From: Botryllus schlosseri
Lineage: Eukaryota
Assembly (NCBI GenBank): GCA_051294905.1
Contig: CM119373.1
Location: forward strand, 33,852,001-33,916,000
Direction: 5' to 3'
DNA length: 64,000 bases
Shown piece after piece: positions 37,094 to 48,691 of this stretch; within the stretch, counting starts at the first letter, position 1; every line of letters starts with the position of its first letter. The position numbers were made by a program, and so were the translations under genes. The notes under the pieces are model-generated. The model saw only the letters and a list, made by a program, of their open reading frames with translations, had not been told where the DNA came from and did not search any database.

Positions 37094-38377
37094 TTACTTT
37101 GTGTCAAAATGGGCTCGCATGTGGTTCCTCAAACAGGAACTCCTGACGAATAACTTTCCGCATATTTCACACCCATAATCTTTTACGTTCAAATGGCTCT
37201 TCATATGTTGCCTCAGAGAATGTTTTTGAACAAACGCTTGACCACACGTTTGACATTTGAAATCTTTTAGATCCAGATGGATACGCATATGCCGATTCAA
37301 AGAACATTTTTGGTTAAATGAAAGGTCGCATCTCCCACATTTAAAATCTTTCACGCCATAATGGATTAGCATGTGTCGCTGTAGGGATAGCTTTTGACTA
37401 AAATATTTGCCACAGACTTCACACTCGAATTTCACAGCAAAATGGATGAGAGTGTGATTTTTTAAATACAGCAGTGTGGAGAACGATTTTCCACATGTCT
37501 CACACTCATGTCTCTCATCGTTAGTGCGTGAATGGATGAGCAAGTGGTTAGCTAAACCTTCCCTTCGCTTGAACGATCTTCCGCATATTTCACACGAGAA
37601 ATTATTCACATCCAAATGGATCGCCATATGCTTTCGCAAACCATCTGTCCTCCTATGTAATGAGCCACATATGTCACACTTTAACTCTATACCATCAGTG
37701 TGCATCCTCGGAAGATTTCTTAGAGACTGTTGATGCTGGAAAAGTTTACCGCATACTTGGCATTCAAAGCTTTTTACAGCAGAGTGGACGGACATATGTG
37801 ATTTCAAAGCTGTCTTTGAGCGGAGCAACATTGCGCAAATTTTGCACTCAACTTTTTTGATAGCGGATGCATTATGGACGATCTTTTTATGTTTTCTCAA
37901 ATCTTTCTTTGTAAAGAATGATCTTTCACAAATTTCACATTTGAAACTTTTAACGTCAAAATGGCGCAGCACGTGATTCTTCAAACCTCTCATTTCTTTT
38001 AGAACTTTGCCGCAAATTTCGCATGTAAAATTTTTTGTACTCGAATGGAACTGCATGTGCTTTTTGAGATCATCTCTTTGTCCGAAGGGCAAATGACATG
38101 TTCGACAGGTCACAGTTTCCGTAGCAGAATGAAGCAGTAGGTTCTGACTCAAATTCCATTCAGAGGACAATGATTTGAAACAAACTTCACATTTGAAAGA
38201 CTTTACGCCAGCATGGGTCAGCAAGTGCTGACCTGAACTGGATTCATGCGCTAGGGATTTAAAAAAAAGTTCACATTTGAGAGGCTTCACCGCACGAGTG
38301 TGAATTAGCAAGTGAATTTTCAGATGACTCTTTGTGCTGTAAAATCGACCACAAACGTCACACTCGTGGTATGGCAT
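37094..38377 (-). CDS. ZA1: C2H2 zinc-finger protein, 427 aa, 15 finger units
   Basis: Tandem CxxC-x12-HxxxH units with non-TGEKP linkers. Finger 2 is degenerate; fingers 3 and 8 have lost the first His (N, L). Confidence 0.85.
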   Translation of the reverse strand: MPYHECDVCGRFYSTKSHLKIHLLIHTRAVKPLKCELFFKSLAHESSSGQHLLTHAGVKSFKCEVCFKSLSSEWNLSQNLLLHSATETVTCRTCHLPFGQRDDLKKHMQFHSSTKNFTCEICGKVLKEMRGLKNHVLRHFDVKSFKCEICERSFFTKKDLRKHKKIVHNASAIKKVECKICAMLLRSKTALKSHMSVHSAVKSFECQVCGKLFQHQQSLRNLPRMHTDGIELKCDICGSLHRRTDGLRKHMAIHLDVNNFSCEICGRSFKRREGLANHLLIHSRTNDERHECETCGKSFSTLLYLKNHTLIHFAVKFECEVCGKYFSQKLSLQRHMLIHYGVKDFKCGRCDLSFNQKCSLNRHMRIHLDLKDFKCQTCGQAFVQKHSLRQHMKSHLNVKDYGCEICGKLFVRSSCLRNHMRAHFDTK

Positions 38378-39459
38378 GGAATGGTGGAATGAATAAACAG
38401 GGTTCCTTGTGACCAGCTTCCGCGAGTAATAACTTTACACAAATTTAACAAAGCATGTTCAACTGCGCTCTATGATGAACTTGCTGCGTGTCTTGTAACT
38501 AAAACTAGCCCAAATCGTCCCAATGCTCAAATTAGTCCGAGTTTGAAAATTCGAGGCAGTGATGAACGATGATAGAAGCAGAGCTGCCACATAGGTATCA
38601 ATCTATAAATTTCAATGCATCAATCTGAAAAAGTAAGCAGGACTATTAATAAATCAGTGTAAATATAGCTTGTGGGAACTGACTACAGCCATGATCAAAT
38701 GATGTTCATATTTACCGCTTACATGCTGACACAACACAACAATATTTCTTTTTGAATTGACTGCAAAAAGAGCAGTGTGTCCGTCACATTTCTTTGAACT
38801 CGTCAAAAAATGATTAAAACACGTTAAGGCAGTGGTTCTCAACCTTTTAAACCCCAAGGCATGCTTTCGAAATGAAAAATAGTAGGGTACACACCAGCAA
38901 ACTACCAGAATACTTAGCAGCACCCACTGTAGTAGTAACATTGATTAATGTGCCAATCCAAAATGCTTCCGTATTAAAAGTTAAGAAGTTCTCACGAAAA
39001 CAAAACAATTCGTTGAATTTCATCACAAAGAAAGTCAGCGCAAGATTCGTTCTTGACTTCTAGCGCATATCTTTTCAATGTGCGGGCACTCATAGGATAA
39101 TGCAATTTTCATCTTTTCTTCACGATCACCACTAACGAATACGGAAGAGTGGGAGCGAAAGCAATTCAATGCATTTTCACACAAATCGTTTAGCATGTGC
39201 GTGAGGACTGAGGATAACCATAGCTCAATAGTACTACTGGGAGGAACCGGCAGTTCAATTCCACTGACACGACATGATACTCTTATTACAATATTTGAAA
39301 TTGTCAAGACAAATGCATAATGAACACATTCAATATATTATATCAAGTCTAGATCATGGGACGACGTAAAATATTAGTTTTTAGTTCCACTTTACCTGAC
39401 ACCTCTTGAAAAACACAACTGCTTGTGCAGAAAGAGTACTACAAAGACCTCATGCATCA

Positions 39460-41082
39460 TCACAAAATAATTCCTGCCGAATAGACGTTGAGATCCAGAG
39501 ACTTCACGTCTTGCGAATCGAATTCTATCAACGTATTCAACAAATTCGTCTTGGGGTTGAATTCGAGCATACTCGTGCATGGTCTGTTAGAAAAGAACCC
39601 ACCGCATATGTATACCCTTCCGCCAACACAATAAGTCACAAAATATGAACGTTGCAAATTGGGAAGTGGGATTTGCGTCCAAATATATGCATCATGGGGC
39701 AACAAAAGAATGTTGCTTCCATACTGCGACTTGCCACTAAGACCACCAAGAACGTAAATGGTCTTATTCAAGGTGCATGCGACTGCACCAGTTCTCTTAT
39801 CCGGTAAGGATGGCCCAATTGACCAAGTGGATGTCGAAAAGCTGAAACATTCCACATCTTGTATATAATTATTTAGTCCATTAGAGCCTCCAATTACATA
39901 AAGCTTATGCTGGGAAATAGTGAAGGCAGACGAAAGAGTTCTATATTGCTTGTTGGGGAGCTTTGACCAATGGTTATTATTTATGTCATATTGAGCCAAA
40001 CAGCAGCTCGGATATTCATTTGCTACATAAAATTTACCCGATTTACAGGCAACTACACTGCTGTAATATGGAAATGAACGTTCAAGTTCTTTCCAGAGCG
40101 AATCATTTTCGAGAAAATTACGATAGTACAGATCATATTTGAGATCAATAACATATATGTAGCATTCCATTATAACAACTAAGCCTGGTATATAATTGAA
40201 TGGCCGTAGCTCAGCGACCGACTTTCTGTCTATGTCAAACCACATGAGACGAGAAAGATAAACATTCACCATCAAAATACCAGGAGTACAGTCACCTTTG
40301 TAATCACTGGCTTCTAAATATGATTTCTCGGGCAGCGATTTCATGACGTTCGTCATGCATTCGGTGGATTTGGCAACAGATCGTTGCTGAGATAAATATT
40401 TACGATATGAGATGGGTATTTTTTGCAGGTCAATATGCTGCAATAAGTCAAAAAGTTGATTGGATCGATCCAAGTTGTCGTTGAACCAAATCGTCGCGGC
40501 TTTGCACTTGATCACATCCAACATCTTCAAATCTTCAGAGGAAATCAAATATTCCAGGAATTCGAAATCAACTTCCTTGAATTCGTCCCTTTTCATGATC
40601 GTGTGAAAGTGTTCATGAGCAAAACTTCTGCATGCTTGCTGTAATTGTTGACAGGAATACTTATCGGCAATATTTCTGGTGTCGAAAAACGAGTCCACGT
40701 CAAGATTTTCATCCAGGAAAAGTGACAATGCATCGCATGCTTTATTAATTCCAAACAAATGTGCCACATACATCAGTTTTTCCGTTTTTTTAATCAAGAA
40801 GGAAGCTTGTCCAGTGTACATGATTTCAATGCAGGTCATCACACATTCAGGATCCACATTCTTTAAATCCACCATTCCAAACCTGTTCTCTTTTGTGTCG
40901 TGATTGAGCATCTTTGCAAAATACTCGGAACTTGCGGCAATGACGCACTTGTGAACGAAGATTTTCTTTTCTCCCGCTTTGATAATGAAGTCGCAATACT
41001 GTTGATTGATTCTGAACTCGTCAAATTTCGACAGAAGGTCGAGGGCATGGCCCGTCTTGTCAATTTTCAAAAGATGTTCCAT
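39460..41082 (-). CDS. K3: BTB-BACK-Kelch protein (type B), 540 aa, intact
   Basis: Uninterrupted ORF with ATG at 41082 (MEHLL), BTB, BACK and kelch blades with YVIGG, YVLGG and YICGG. Confidence 0.9.
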   Translation of the reverse strand: MEHLLKIDKTGHALDLLSKFDEFRINQQYCDFIIKAGEKKIFVHKCVIAASSEYFAKMLNHDTKENRFGMVDLKNVDPECVMTCIEIMYTGQASFLIKKTEKLMYVAHLFGINKACDALSLFLDENLDVDSFFDTRNIADKYSCQQLQQACRSFAHEHFHTIMKRDEFKEVDFEFLEYLISSEDLKMLDVIKCKAATIWFNDNLDRSNQLFDLLQHIDLQKIPISYRKYLSQQRSVAKSTECMTNVMKSLPEKSYLEASDYKGDCTPGILMVNVYLSRLMWFDIDRKSVAELRPFNYIPGLVVIMECYIYVIDLKYDLYYRNFLENDSLWKELERSFPYYSSVVACKSGKFYVANEYPSCCLAQYDINNNHWSKLPNKQYRTLSSAFTISQHKLYVIGGSNGLNNYIQDVECFSFSTSTWSIGPSLPDKRTGAVACTLNKTIYVLGGLSGKSQYGSNILLLPHDAYIWTQIPLPNLQRSYFVTYCVGGRVYICGGFFSNRPCTSMLEFNPKTNLLNTLIEFDSQDVKSLDLNVYSAGIIL

Positions 41083-42014
41083 CACTGCTCACCAGTTTAT
41101 ATCCAAAATATATAGCTCACTAAACAACTTTGGAATAAAACTGTAACTGTAACATCAGATACAGGGTGAGTTTAGTTGTAACATATTCATGCAACGGTAT
41201 CATCATATTCCTAACATACAGATAGGAAAGAAAATGTAATCCCCCATGTTAGCGAAGAGTGATATCCTTGGGCTTAGTTGACAGAAGATAGAATACTAAG
41301 GAACAAATTGAATATTATAGGGCCAAGGACATTTTAGGGTCTTTATCATAATCTAAGAAGAAATACCTTCTTTATTCTACAGAAAGCAATAAAACACAGA
41401 CATCTACAGTGGACACAAATAGATGGAAGAAAAGTACCAACCAAGTAACAGCCACACCGAATCACATCGGAAAAAACTTTTTAGCGTACATAACAAAATC
41501 GTACTATAAAATTGCAGTTTGTGATGATGAACCACAGTTTTTGGAGAACATACTTATAGTAGTTGAACGAGTTACACAGTTTGAAAATTTACACAGTTTG
41601 AAAATTTTCTAGCATCCACTAACAAGTAGTGTCGAGCACAATTTAGTTCAGTTCATTAAGAATTCACCTAAATTCAAAACACCAAAAGACTGCGATACAA
41701 TGAAAAAATAGCAAGGTGTCGAAACGATTAGAAGTAGACTAGTCTTTGACACCAGACACCCATCCAGGCCCAAGCAAATTAAATGGATAACATGCACACT
41801 GAACGAAGAGTAAAAGAACATAATATAAAAAGACAAACGACAAAATAAGGTGGCATGTGACGGAAGGCGAGATCGATATGTCAGGTCATGATCTGGTACA
41901 CCTGCGGGAAGACTAGTGCTCATGCTCATTTAGTAGAAATTGATTATACTTGAATTGAATATCGATACACTTGGAGCTTTGGAGCCGGAGCCATGCATTT
42001 TCACTGGAGCTCAA

Positions 42015-42335
42015 CATGAAATCGTGTGACAATTAAACACGCGAAGCGTGAAGAAAAATCTCACTACTATTTTAGCTTATTGTAATGTACGAAGATTTAC
42101 TAAAAATGTGACTGGACCCTGGATCTGCCACTACGTCGGAACTGATATTTCAGTCATCAACATCCCAAGTGTCGCAGCCAGACTTGTTATTTTTGGTTGG
42201 CCTTGCAAGTTCATAATCTGTGCAATTCATTTTCGATAATATAACAGGAAATAAAATAGGAAATTATCTCGTGGGCCACTCAAAACACTCTCGCACGCCA
42301 CATTTGGCCCGCTGGCCGCGGTTTGGCCACCCCTG
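42015..42335. mobile_element. Right part of the 13615-14303 hAT MITE family, inside a GGAGCC-motif repeat (paralog at ~56770-57091)
   Basis: Aligns with ~13985-14303 and ends GGTTTGGCCACCCCTG. Confidence 0.7.
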
Positions 42336-44523
42336 ATATAGACAAACCCATTCGATAATTTTCAGAGCCGGAGCCGGAGCTAATGTATGAGGGAAGAAGG
42401 CTCCGGAGCCGGAGCTGGAGCAGTTAAAATTTACGCTGCTCCAAAGCCGTGCATGTAGGTCCACATGGAGCATAGAGCGAGAAAAACAGAAATATAGTAT
42501 GAAAATACACAAGAAGAAAACGGAAACATGGTACGAATATGGTCAAGCAATATAAATTGATGCGCACATGAATCTACAGAGTTTTTTTGCCTTGATAACA
42601 AAACTTGCTTATCGTGAAGATTTGAATGAATACTGTGATCCTACATGCATCTTGTATCTGTATTTCGACAGCTTTGCATACAACTTAGCTAAAAGATATC
42701 TCTAGCAGTTCTACAGATCTTACAATTGACTTTAAAGAAAATGGTGGAGGAACTTAATTATAATAACTTTGAAGTTTGTGTTCATCGTTTCACTACCGAT
42801 GTGGTGATAGTGGAAAAACCCCAGTATATTTTGCTGAATTACAAATAGAAGTAGCATTATCTATGACACGTCAAAACAAAAAATGACTGATGACAAAACC
42901 AAGGTCGAGATGAATCGAGTAGCAAATTTCCATTGACTGGACTTGACTCTGTGGAGTCATTTTCTGTGTAGACTCGAATTTTAGTACAGTCATTAAGAAT
43001 GACTCAAACAAGTTATAAGGCTAGAGACTATATATATGGATTGATTCAAATCTCGTGTATCAGGAACGATACCAGAAAATAGGCCGATATCAATTGCTTC
43101 GTACGTTTAATTAGACACATTGTGACTTGATAAAAACAAGTTTCTTTTGAATTGGGGCCTTCGATATTACCGAGGAGCTTTTAAAAAGTTGAGTTGAACT
43201 CGGAGGCTTGTAGTTGAGTCTCAAGACTATGACTCGACTCAACCATTTTTTCTTCGAGCCGGACTAGGACTTGGCCTGGCGGTGAGTTTTAAATGACTCG
43301 ACTTCACTCGAGCAAAATCTCTAAAAGTAATATTGACTTGTGACTTGGCTACAACCCTAGACACAACACAGAAGAGTCTTCAAAAATAGAACACGTTGAT
43401 AAATCCATGCGGTTATTATGACAATTTCACTCACAAATGTGGTGTAACTGTACAACCACAACAATACAGAACTCACGGTGATCTGTATCACGACATGAAG
43501 ACAATGCCTTATCGGCATCTTCGAAAAAGAACATATTATCTATACGTGGTGTTGAACTGCCCGTTTTTTCTTTGTGGCTGAATATGAGTTGCATATATCA
43601 ACATTATGATCGCTGTTGTTCTATGATGCAATATTAAGTGTTACTCGAATACACACATTCGATGCGCAGTCTATTACTCAGGAACTAGATTTACCCAAGC
43701 TCTACTAACAATCATAGAACGGACTTCAAATTTTTCAAGCATCAGTATGATCCATGTAGGCATACATGGAACACAGAGCGAGAAATACAAGAACATTGAA
43801 AATGAAAATCCACAAGCAACATAAATTGACAGGCACGTGTCGCTACAGAATTGGCTTGATCAATGACAAAACGGTACAGTGAAGTGAAGTAAAGTCGGCT
43901 GCATATCCTAAATCAGCTGATAAACACCAGGGGAAGATTGAGAACCGTGGTATTAACAATGCCTTGATGAAGGCTTGTATCGCGAATAAGATGTTGCCAG
44001 CATCAATAAATTGACATCATACTTTGTGAAACAATTGTTGTTTATACAATGTTCTTTCCATTTCTCTACTAGTTGCTGAAGATTACCCCTGACAAGTGTC
44101 AGGCGTAAATATTCAGGTTCATTTCAATATGAATATACCACTTAATTGTATATTGAAGTTTTGTACCTCCAAGAAGCTCTTAAAAACTGTTAAACTACGA
44201 AAATAACGAATTCACGGTGATCTGGTTTACGACATGAAGAAAATGCCTTACCTATAATACAGAGACCATAATGCAAAACAATAATGGAACAAAATACAGA
44301 AATGTCGAGAATGTTAAGAGACATCTATCCTGCAAATTGCATGCAAGTTTGCACATTCCAAATGCGAAGTCCAGTATATGACCCGAAAATATCATCCATC
44401 ATATTTAATTTAGAAAAGCATGCAGATTCCCCATGACATGCCAATTCACATGACAATGAACGTCATGTAAAGTTTAATTCACGTAAATTGAAGTATTAAT
44501 ACAATAAAGTAATCGTTACATAC

Positions 44524-46029
44524 TCAAAGTTCCTTCGTGTCAAAATGGACCTGCATGTGGTTCCTCAAACAAGAACTCCTGACAAATAACCTGCCGCATA
44601 TTTCACACCTAAAATCTTTCACGTCCAAATGGCTCTTGATATGTTGCCTCAGAGAATGTTTTTGAACGAACGCTTGACCACACGTTTGGCACTTGAAATC
44701 TTTCATATTCAGATGGATACGCATATGCCTATTCAAAGAACACTTTTGGTTAAATGAAAGGTCGCATCGCTCGCATTTAAAATCTTTCACGCCATAATGG
44801 ATGAGCATGTGTCGCCATAGGGATTGCTTTTGACTAAAACGTTTGCCACAGATTTCACACTCGAATTTCACATCAAAATGGATGAGAGTGTGTTTTTCCA
44901 GATACAGCAAGGTGGTGAACGATTTTCCACATGTCTCACACTCATGTCTCTCATCTTTAGTATGCGAATGGATGAGCATGTGGCGCGCTAAATCCGGTCC
45001 TCGCTTGAAAGATTTGCCACATATTTCACACGAGAAATTGTTCACATCCAAATGTATCGCCATATGTCTTTCCAAGCTACTCTCCATGCTATATAATGAG
45101 CCACATATTTCACATTTGAACTCTATACCAGTGGTTCCCAACGTGGGCGATTTGGCGATCTAGGGGGGCGAAAATGACGAAGGGGGCGACAGGGGGGCGA
45201 AAATGGACAAAGGGGGCGACAGGGGGCGAAAATAGCGAAGGGGGCGATAGGGGGGCGATGACGCGTAAAAACGGCTGACCTTTTTTTTTTTTTTTTTTTT
45301 TTTTTTAGTCATCCACCTAGCAATGCGGAGCGAAAAAACGTTATTTTCAGCTCTGAGCGGTAAAAGATGACCTTTTTTTTTTTTTTTTTTTTAGTCAACC
45401 CGCCAGTGATAACAGTCTGTATGCCCAATTATCGGTGCAGAAAATTTGGGGGGCGATGATCGGTGTTGACCTTGAAAAGGGGGCGATGGGTCGAAAAAGG
45501 TTGGGAACCACTGCTCTATACCATCAGTGTGCATCCTCGAATGACTTCTCAGACAATTTTTCTGTCGGAAAAGTTTACCGCATACTTGGCATTCAAAGCT
45601 TTTGGCAGAGTGGATGAGCATATGTGATTCCAAAGTCGTCGTTGAGCAGACTAATTTAGCGCAAATTTCGCACTTGTATTTTTTGATACTGGTAACGGTA
45701 TGGACTTTCCTATGATTTCTCAAATCTTTCTTTGTGAAGAATGATCTTTCACAAACTTCACATTTGAAACCTTTCATGTCAAAATGGTGAAGCACGTGAT
45801 TCTTCAAACCTCTCATTTCTTTCAGAATTTTGCCGCAAATTTCGCACGTGAAATTTTTAGTGCTGGAATGGAACTGTATGTGCTTTTTCAGATCATCTCT
45901 TTGTCCGAAGGGCAGAGCACAAGTTCGACAGGTCACAGTTTCTGCAGCAGTATGGAGCAGTAGGTGATGAGTCAAATTCCATTTAGAGGACAATGATTTG
46001 AAACAAAGGCCACATTGGAAAGGCTTCAT
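44524..46029 (-). pseudogene. ZB1: C2H2 zinc-finger gene split by a hAT MITE
   Basis: ORF pieces 45391..46029 and 44524..45141 rejoin into the ZB2 sequence when 45129-45513 plus one TSD is removed. Confidence 0.88.
45129..45513. mobile_element. 385-bp hAT MITE in ZB1
   Basis: TIR CAGTGGTTCCCAAC/GTTGGGAACCACTG, perfect TSD CTCTATAC, absent from ZB2. Confidence 0.95.
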
Positions 46030-46944
46030 GCTAGCATTTATCCGCGAGTGTTGATTTTAACTGGATTTACTGGCAGAGGGTTTACAACAAAATTCACATT
46101 TGAAAAGGCTCACCGTATGAGTGTGAATCAGTAAGTGCTTTTCCAAATCACTTTTTGTGCTGTAGAATCGACCGTAGATGTCACAATTCGTGGTATGATG
46201 TGGCGGAATGTATATACAGTGTTCCTTGTGACCCGCTTTCTAGAGGAATGACTTGCCACAAATTTGACAAAGCGTCTTTATCTGTGTGCTCCTCTACGGA
46301 CTTGCTGCGTGTCCTGTACCTAAAACTACCGCCAATTGTTCCAATTCTTAAGTCAGTCAGAGATTGAAAATTCGTTGTATTGACGAACGACTATGGAAGC
46401 AGAGCTGCAGCAGAGATATGCCAATCTGTTAATCTTTACGCAATAATCTGCAAATAGTAAGCATATCTATTAATAAAATTGTGTAAATTTTGTTTATGGA
46501 AACCGACTGCAGCAGTGATCAAATGATATTTATATTCAGGGCTGACATAACACGGTAATATTCCAATTAGAATTGACTGCAAAAGTTCAGTGTGACAGTC
46601 GCGATTTTCCAGCTCGTCAAAAAACGGTCGAAACACATCAAGGGGTGCCAAGAAGTTGACAAATCTCAAAGTTTTCTCTGTAACGTCAGTAACATTTTGA
46701 TTGGCTCAAAGTAACCCGTGAGCTCAACACTACAAAATTGAGGGAAATTGGAAAGGAAGGAACACGATGTCTGAATCAGCTGGGCTTACAGATAGTGAGA
46801 AAGCGTCATTAACACAGTTTTATAAAACAACGGATAACGGACAAAAAACAAGATCCATGCTTTCTCGCAAGATGTATAAAACCAAAGGCAAGATGTTTGC
46901 AAAATCACTAATTTTGAAATTTGATCCGTTAACGTTTTGTGGCA

Positions 46945-48597
46945 TCACAAGATGATTGCCGAAGCATGGATTCCATTGTTCAGATATTCCGGGTCATCAC
47001 TATGGAAGTCTATCAACGTACTCAACAAATGAGTTTTCGGATTGAACTCGAGGATATCATCGCAGAGCATTTCATCATTGTATCCACCACATATGTATAT
47101 CTTTCCGAGAATACAATGAGTTTTGAAATCCATTCGCTTCAATCCGGGTTTTTGAACTGGAATTATCGTCCACATACTTTCAGCACTGGGTAGCCAAAGA
47201 ATGTCGGTTGCATACATACAGTTCACAGTTTTTCCGCCAAGAAGGTAGATGGCGTTATTCAATGTACATGCACTTGCATCAGTTCTCACAACTGGCAATG
47301 ATGGTCCACGCGACCAAGTAGATGCTGAAAGGTTGTAACATTCCACAGCCAGCACAAATTTTGATGAAAAGATATCAAAACCACCAATTGCGTAAAGCTT
47401 ATCCTTAGATATAGTGAAGGCAGATGCATCCACAATGGATTGCTTGTTAGGAAGCTTCGACCACTTGTTATTGATTGTGTCATATTGGGCCAAAGACTCG
47501 ATCCGATTATGACTTGCTAAGTAAAATTTCCCTGATTTATGTGCAACTACTTCACTGTATCGGAATTCAGGTAATGGACGTTCAAGTTTTATCCAGGGTG
47601 AATGATATTCAAGAAGATTACGACGGTATAAATCAGAATTATTATCAATGACATATATGTAGCAGTCCATCACAACTATTGCATTAAATCGTGTCATACT
47701 ATCTTCATAATTGAAATGCCGCTGCTCGGTCAAAAACTTTCTGTCCATGTCAAACCACATAAAACGTTTAACTTTTCCATTCGTCATTATAATGCCAGGA
47801 GTGCAGTCACCTTTGTAATCACTGGCTTCTACATCTGATCTCTCAGGTAGCGACTTCATGATGTGCATCATGCATTCGGTGGATTTGGCAACAGTTGGCT
47901 GCTGAGATAAAAATTTACGATAGTAGACGGGGATTTTTTCCAGGTCGATGTGCTTCAGTAAATCAAAAAGTTGATCGGCGCAATCTAAGTCGTCATTGAC
48001 CCAAATCATTGACGCTTTGCATTTAATAACATCCAACACATGCAAATCTTCTAAGGAAATCAAATCCTCCAGGAAATCAAACTCAAGTTCCTTGAAATAC
48101 GATGTTTTCATGATCGAATGAAAGTAATCGCGAGCAAAACTTCTGCATGCTTGCTGTAATTGCTGACAGAAATACTTCTCAGCAATATACCTGGTATCAA
48201 AAAACGAGTCTATGTCCAGATTTTCCTCCAGGTAAAGTGACATTGCATCGCATACTTTATCAATTCCAAACAAATGCGCCACATACATTAGTTTTTCCGT
48301 ATTTCGAATCAGAAACGAGGCTTGTCCAGTGTACATGATTTCAATACAGGTCATCACACATTCAGGATCTACATGCTTTAAATCAACCTTTCCCAACATG
48401 TTTTCTTTTGTGTCGTGATTGAGCATCTTTGCAAAATACTCGGAACTTGCGGCAATGACGCACTTGTGAACGAAGATTTCCTTTTCTCCCGCTTTGATAA
48501 CGAAGTCGCAATACTGTTGATTGCTTCTGAACTCGTCAAATTTCGATAGAAGGTCAATGGCATGACCCGACTTGCCAATATTCAGAAGATGTTCCAT
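46945..48597 (-). CDS. K4: BTB-BACK-Kelch protein (type A), 550 aa, intact
   Basis: Uninterrupted ORF. The conserved start is MEHLL at 48597; the track's 27-aa extension overlaps a likely intron end. Confidence 0.9.
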   Translation of the reverse strand: MEHLLNIGKSGHAIDLLSKFDEFRSNQQYCDFVIKAGEKEIFVHKCVIAASSEYFAKMLNHDTKENMLGKVDLKHVDPECVMTCIEIMYTGQASFLIRNTEKLMYVAHLFGIDKVCDAMSLYLEENLDIDSFFDTRYIAEKYFCQQLQQACRSFARDYFHSIMKTSYFKELEFDFLEDLISLEDLHVLDVIKCKASMIWVNDDLDCADQLFDLLKHIDLEKIPVYYRKFLSQQPTVAKSTECMMHIMKSLPERSDVEASDYKGDCTPGIIMTNGKVKRFMWFDMDRKFLTEQRHFNYEDSMTRFNAIVVMDCYIYVIDNNSDLYRRNLLEYHSPWIKLERPLPEFRYSEVVAHKSGKFYLASHNRIESLAQYDTINNKWSKLPNKQSIVDASAFTISKDKLYAIGGFDIFSSKFVLAVECYNLSASTWSRGPSLPVVRTDASACTLNNAIYLLGGKTVNCMYATDILWLPSAESMWTIIPVQKPGLKRMDFKTHCILGKIYICGGYNDEMLCDDILEFNPKTHLLSTLIDFHSDDPEYLNNGIHASAIIL

Positions 48598-48656
48598 CAC
48601 AGTTGACCAGTTTATAGCCAAAATATATACCCCACTCAAAAACTTTAGAATAATAT

Positions 48657-48691
48657 CTGTAACTGTAACATCATACATACAGTGAGATTAG
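48657..48691 (-). promoter_or_regulatory. Probable 3' splice site ~60 nt upstream of the Kelch ATG (also at K2, K3, K5, K6)
   Basis: Minus strand ctaat...gatgttacagttacag, a branch-point-like motif plus AG, conserved in five paralogs. Confidence 0.5.

Larger units (their letters stand above)
33796..48597. repeat. Higher-order tandem unit 1 (14,802 bp): ZA1-K3-ZB1-K4
   Basis: Colinear with 48598-62949 including intergenic MITEs. Offsets: ZA 14802, K3/K5 14797, ZB 14749. Confidence 0.9.

Noticed and set aside
37094-41082. Single ZBTB-like BTB+ZNF fusion gene
   Set aside because: Each Kelch and ZNF ORF has its own stop and the BTB is followed by BACK-Kelch. No in-frame splice route was seen.
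48598-48678. N-terminal extension MYDVTVTD... on K2, K4 and K6
   Set aside because: The start is GTG in K6 and absent in K3/K5, and it overlaps the conserved acceptor motif; MEHLL is the shared start.
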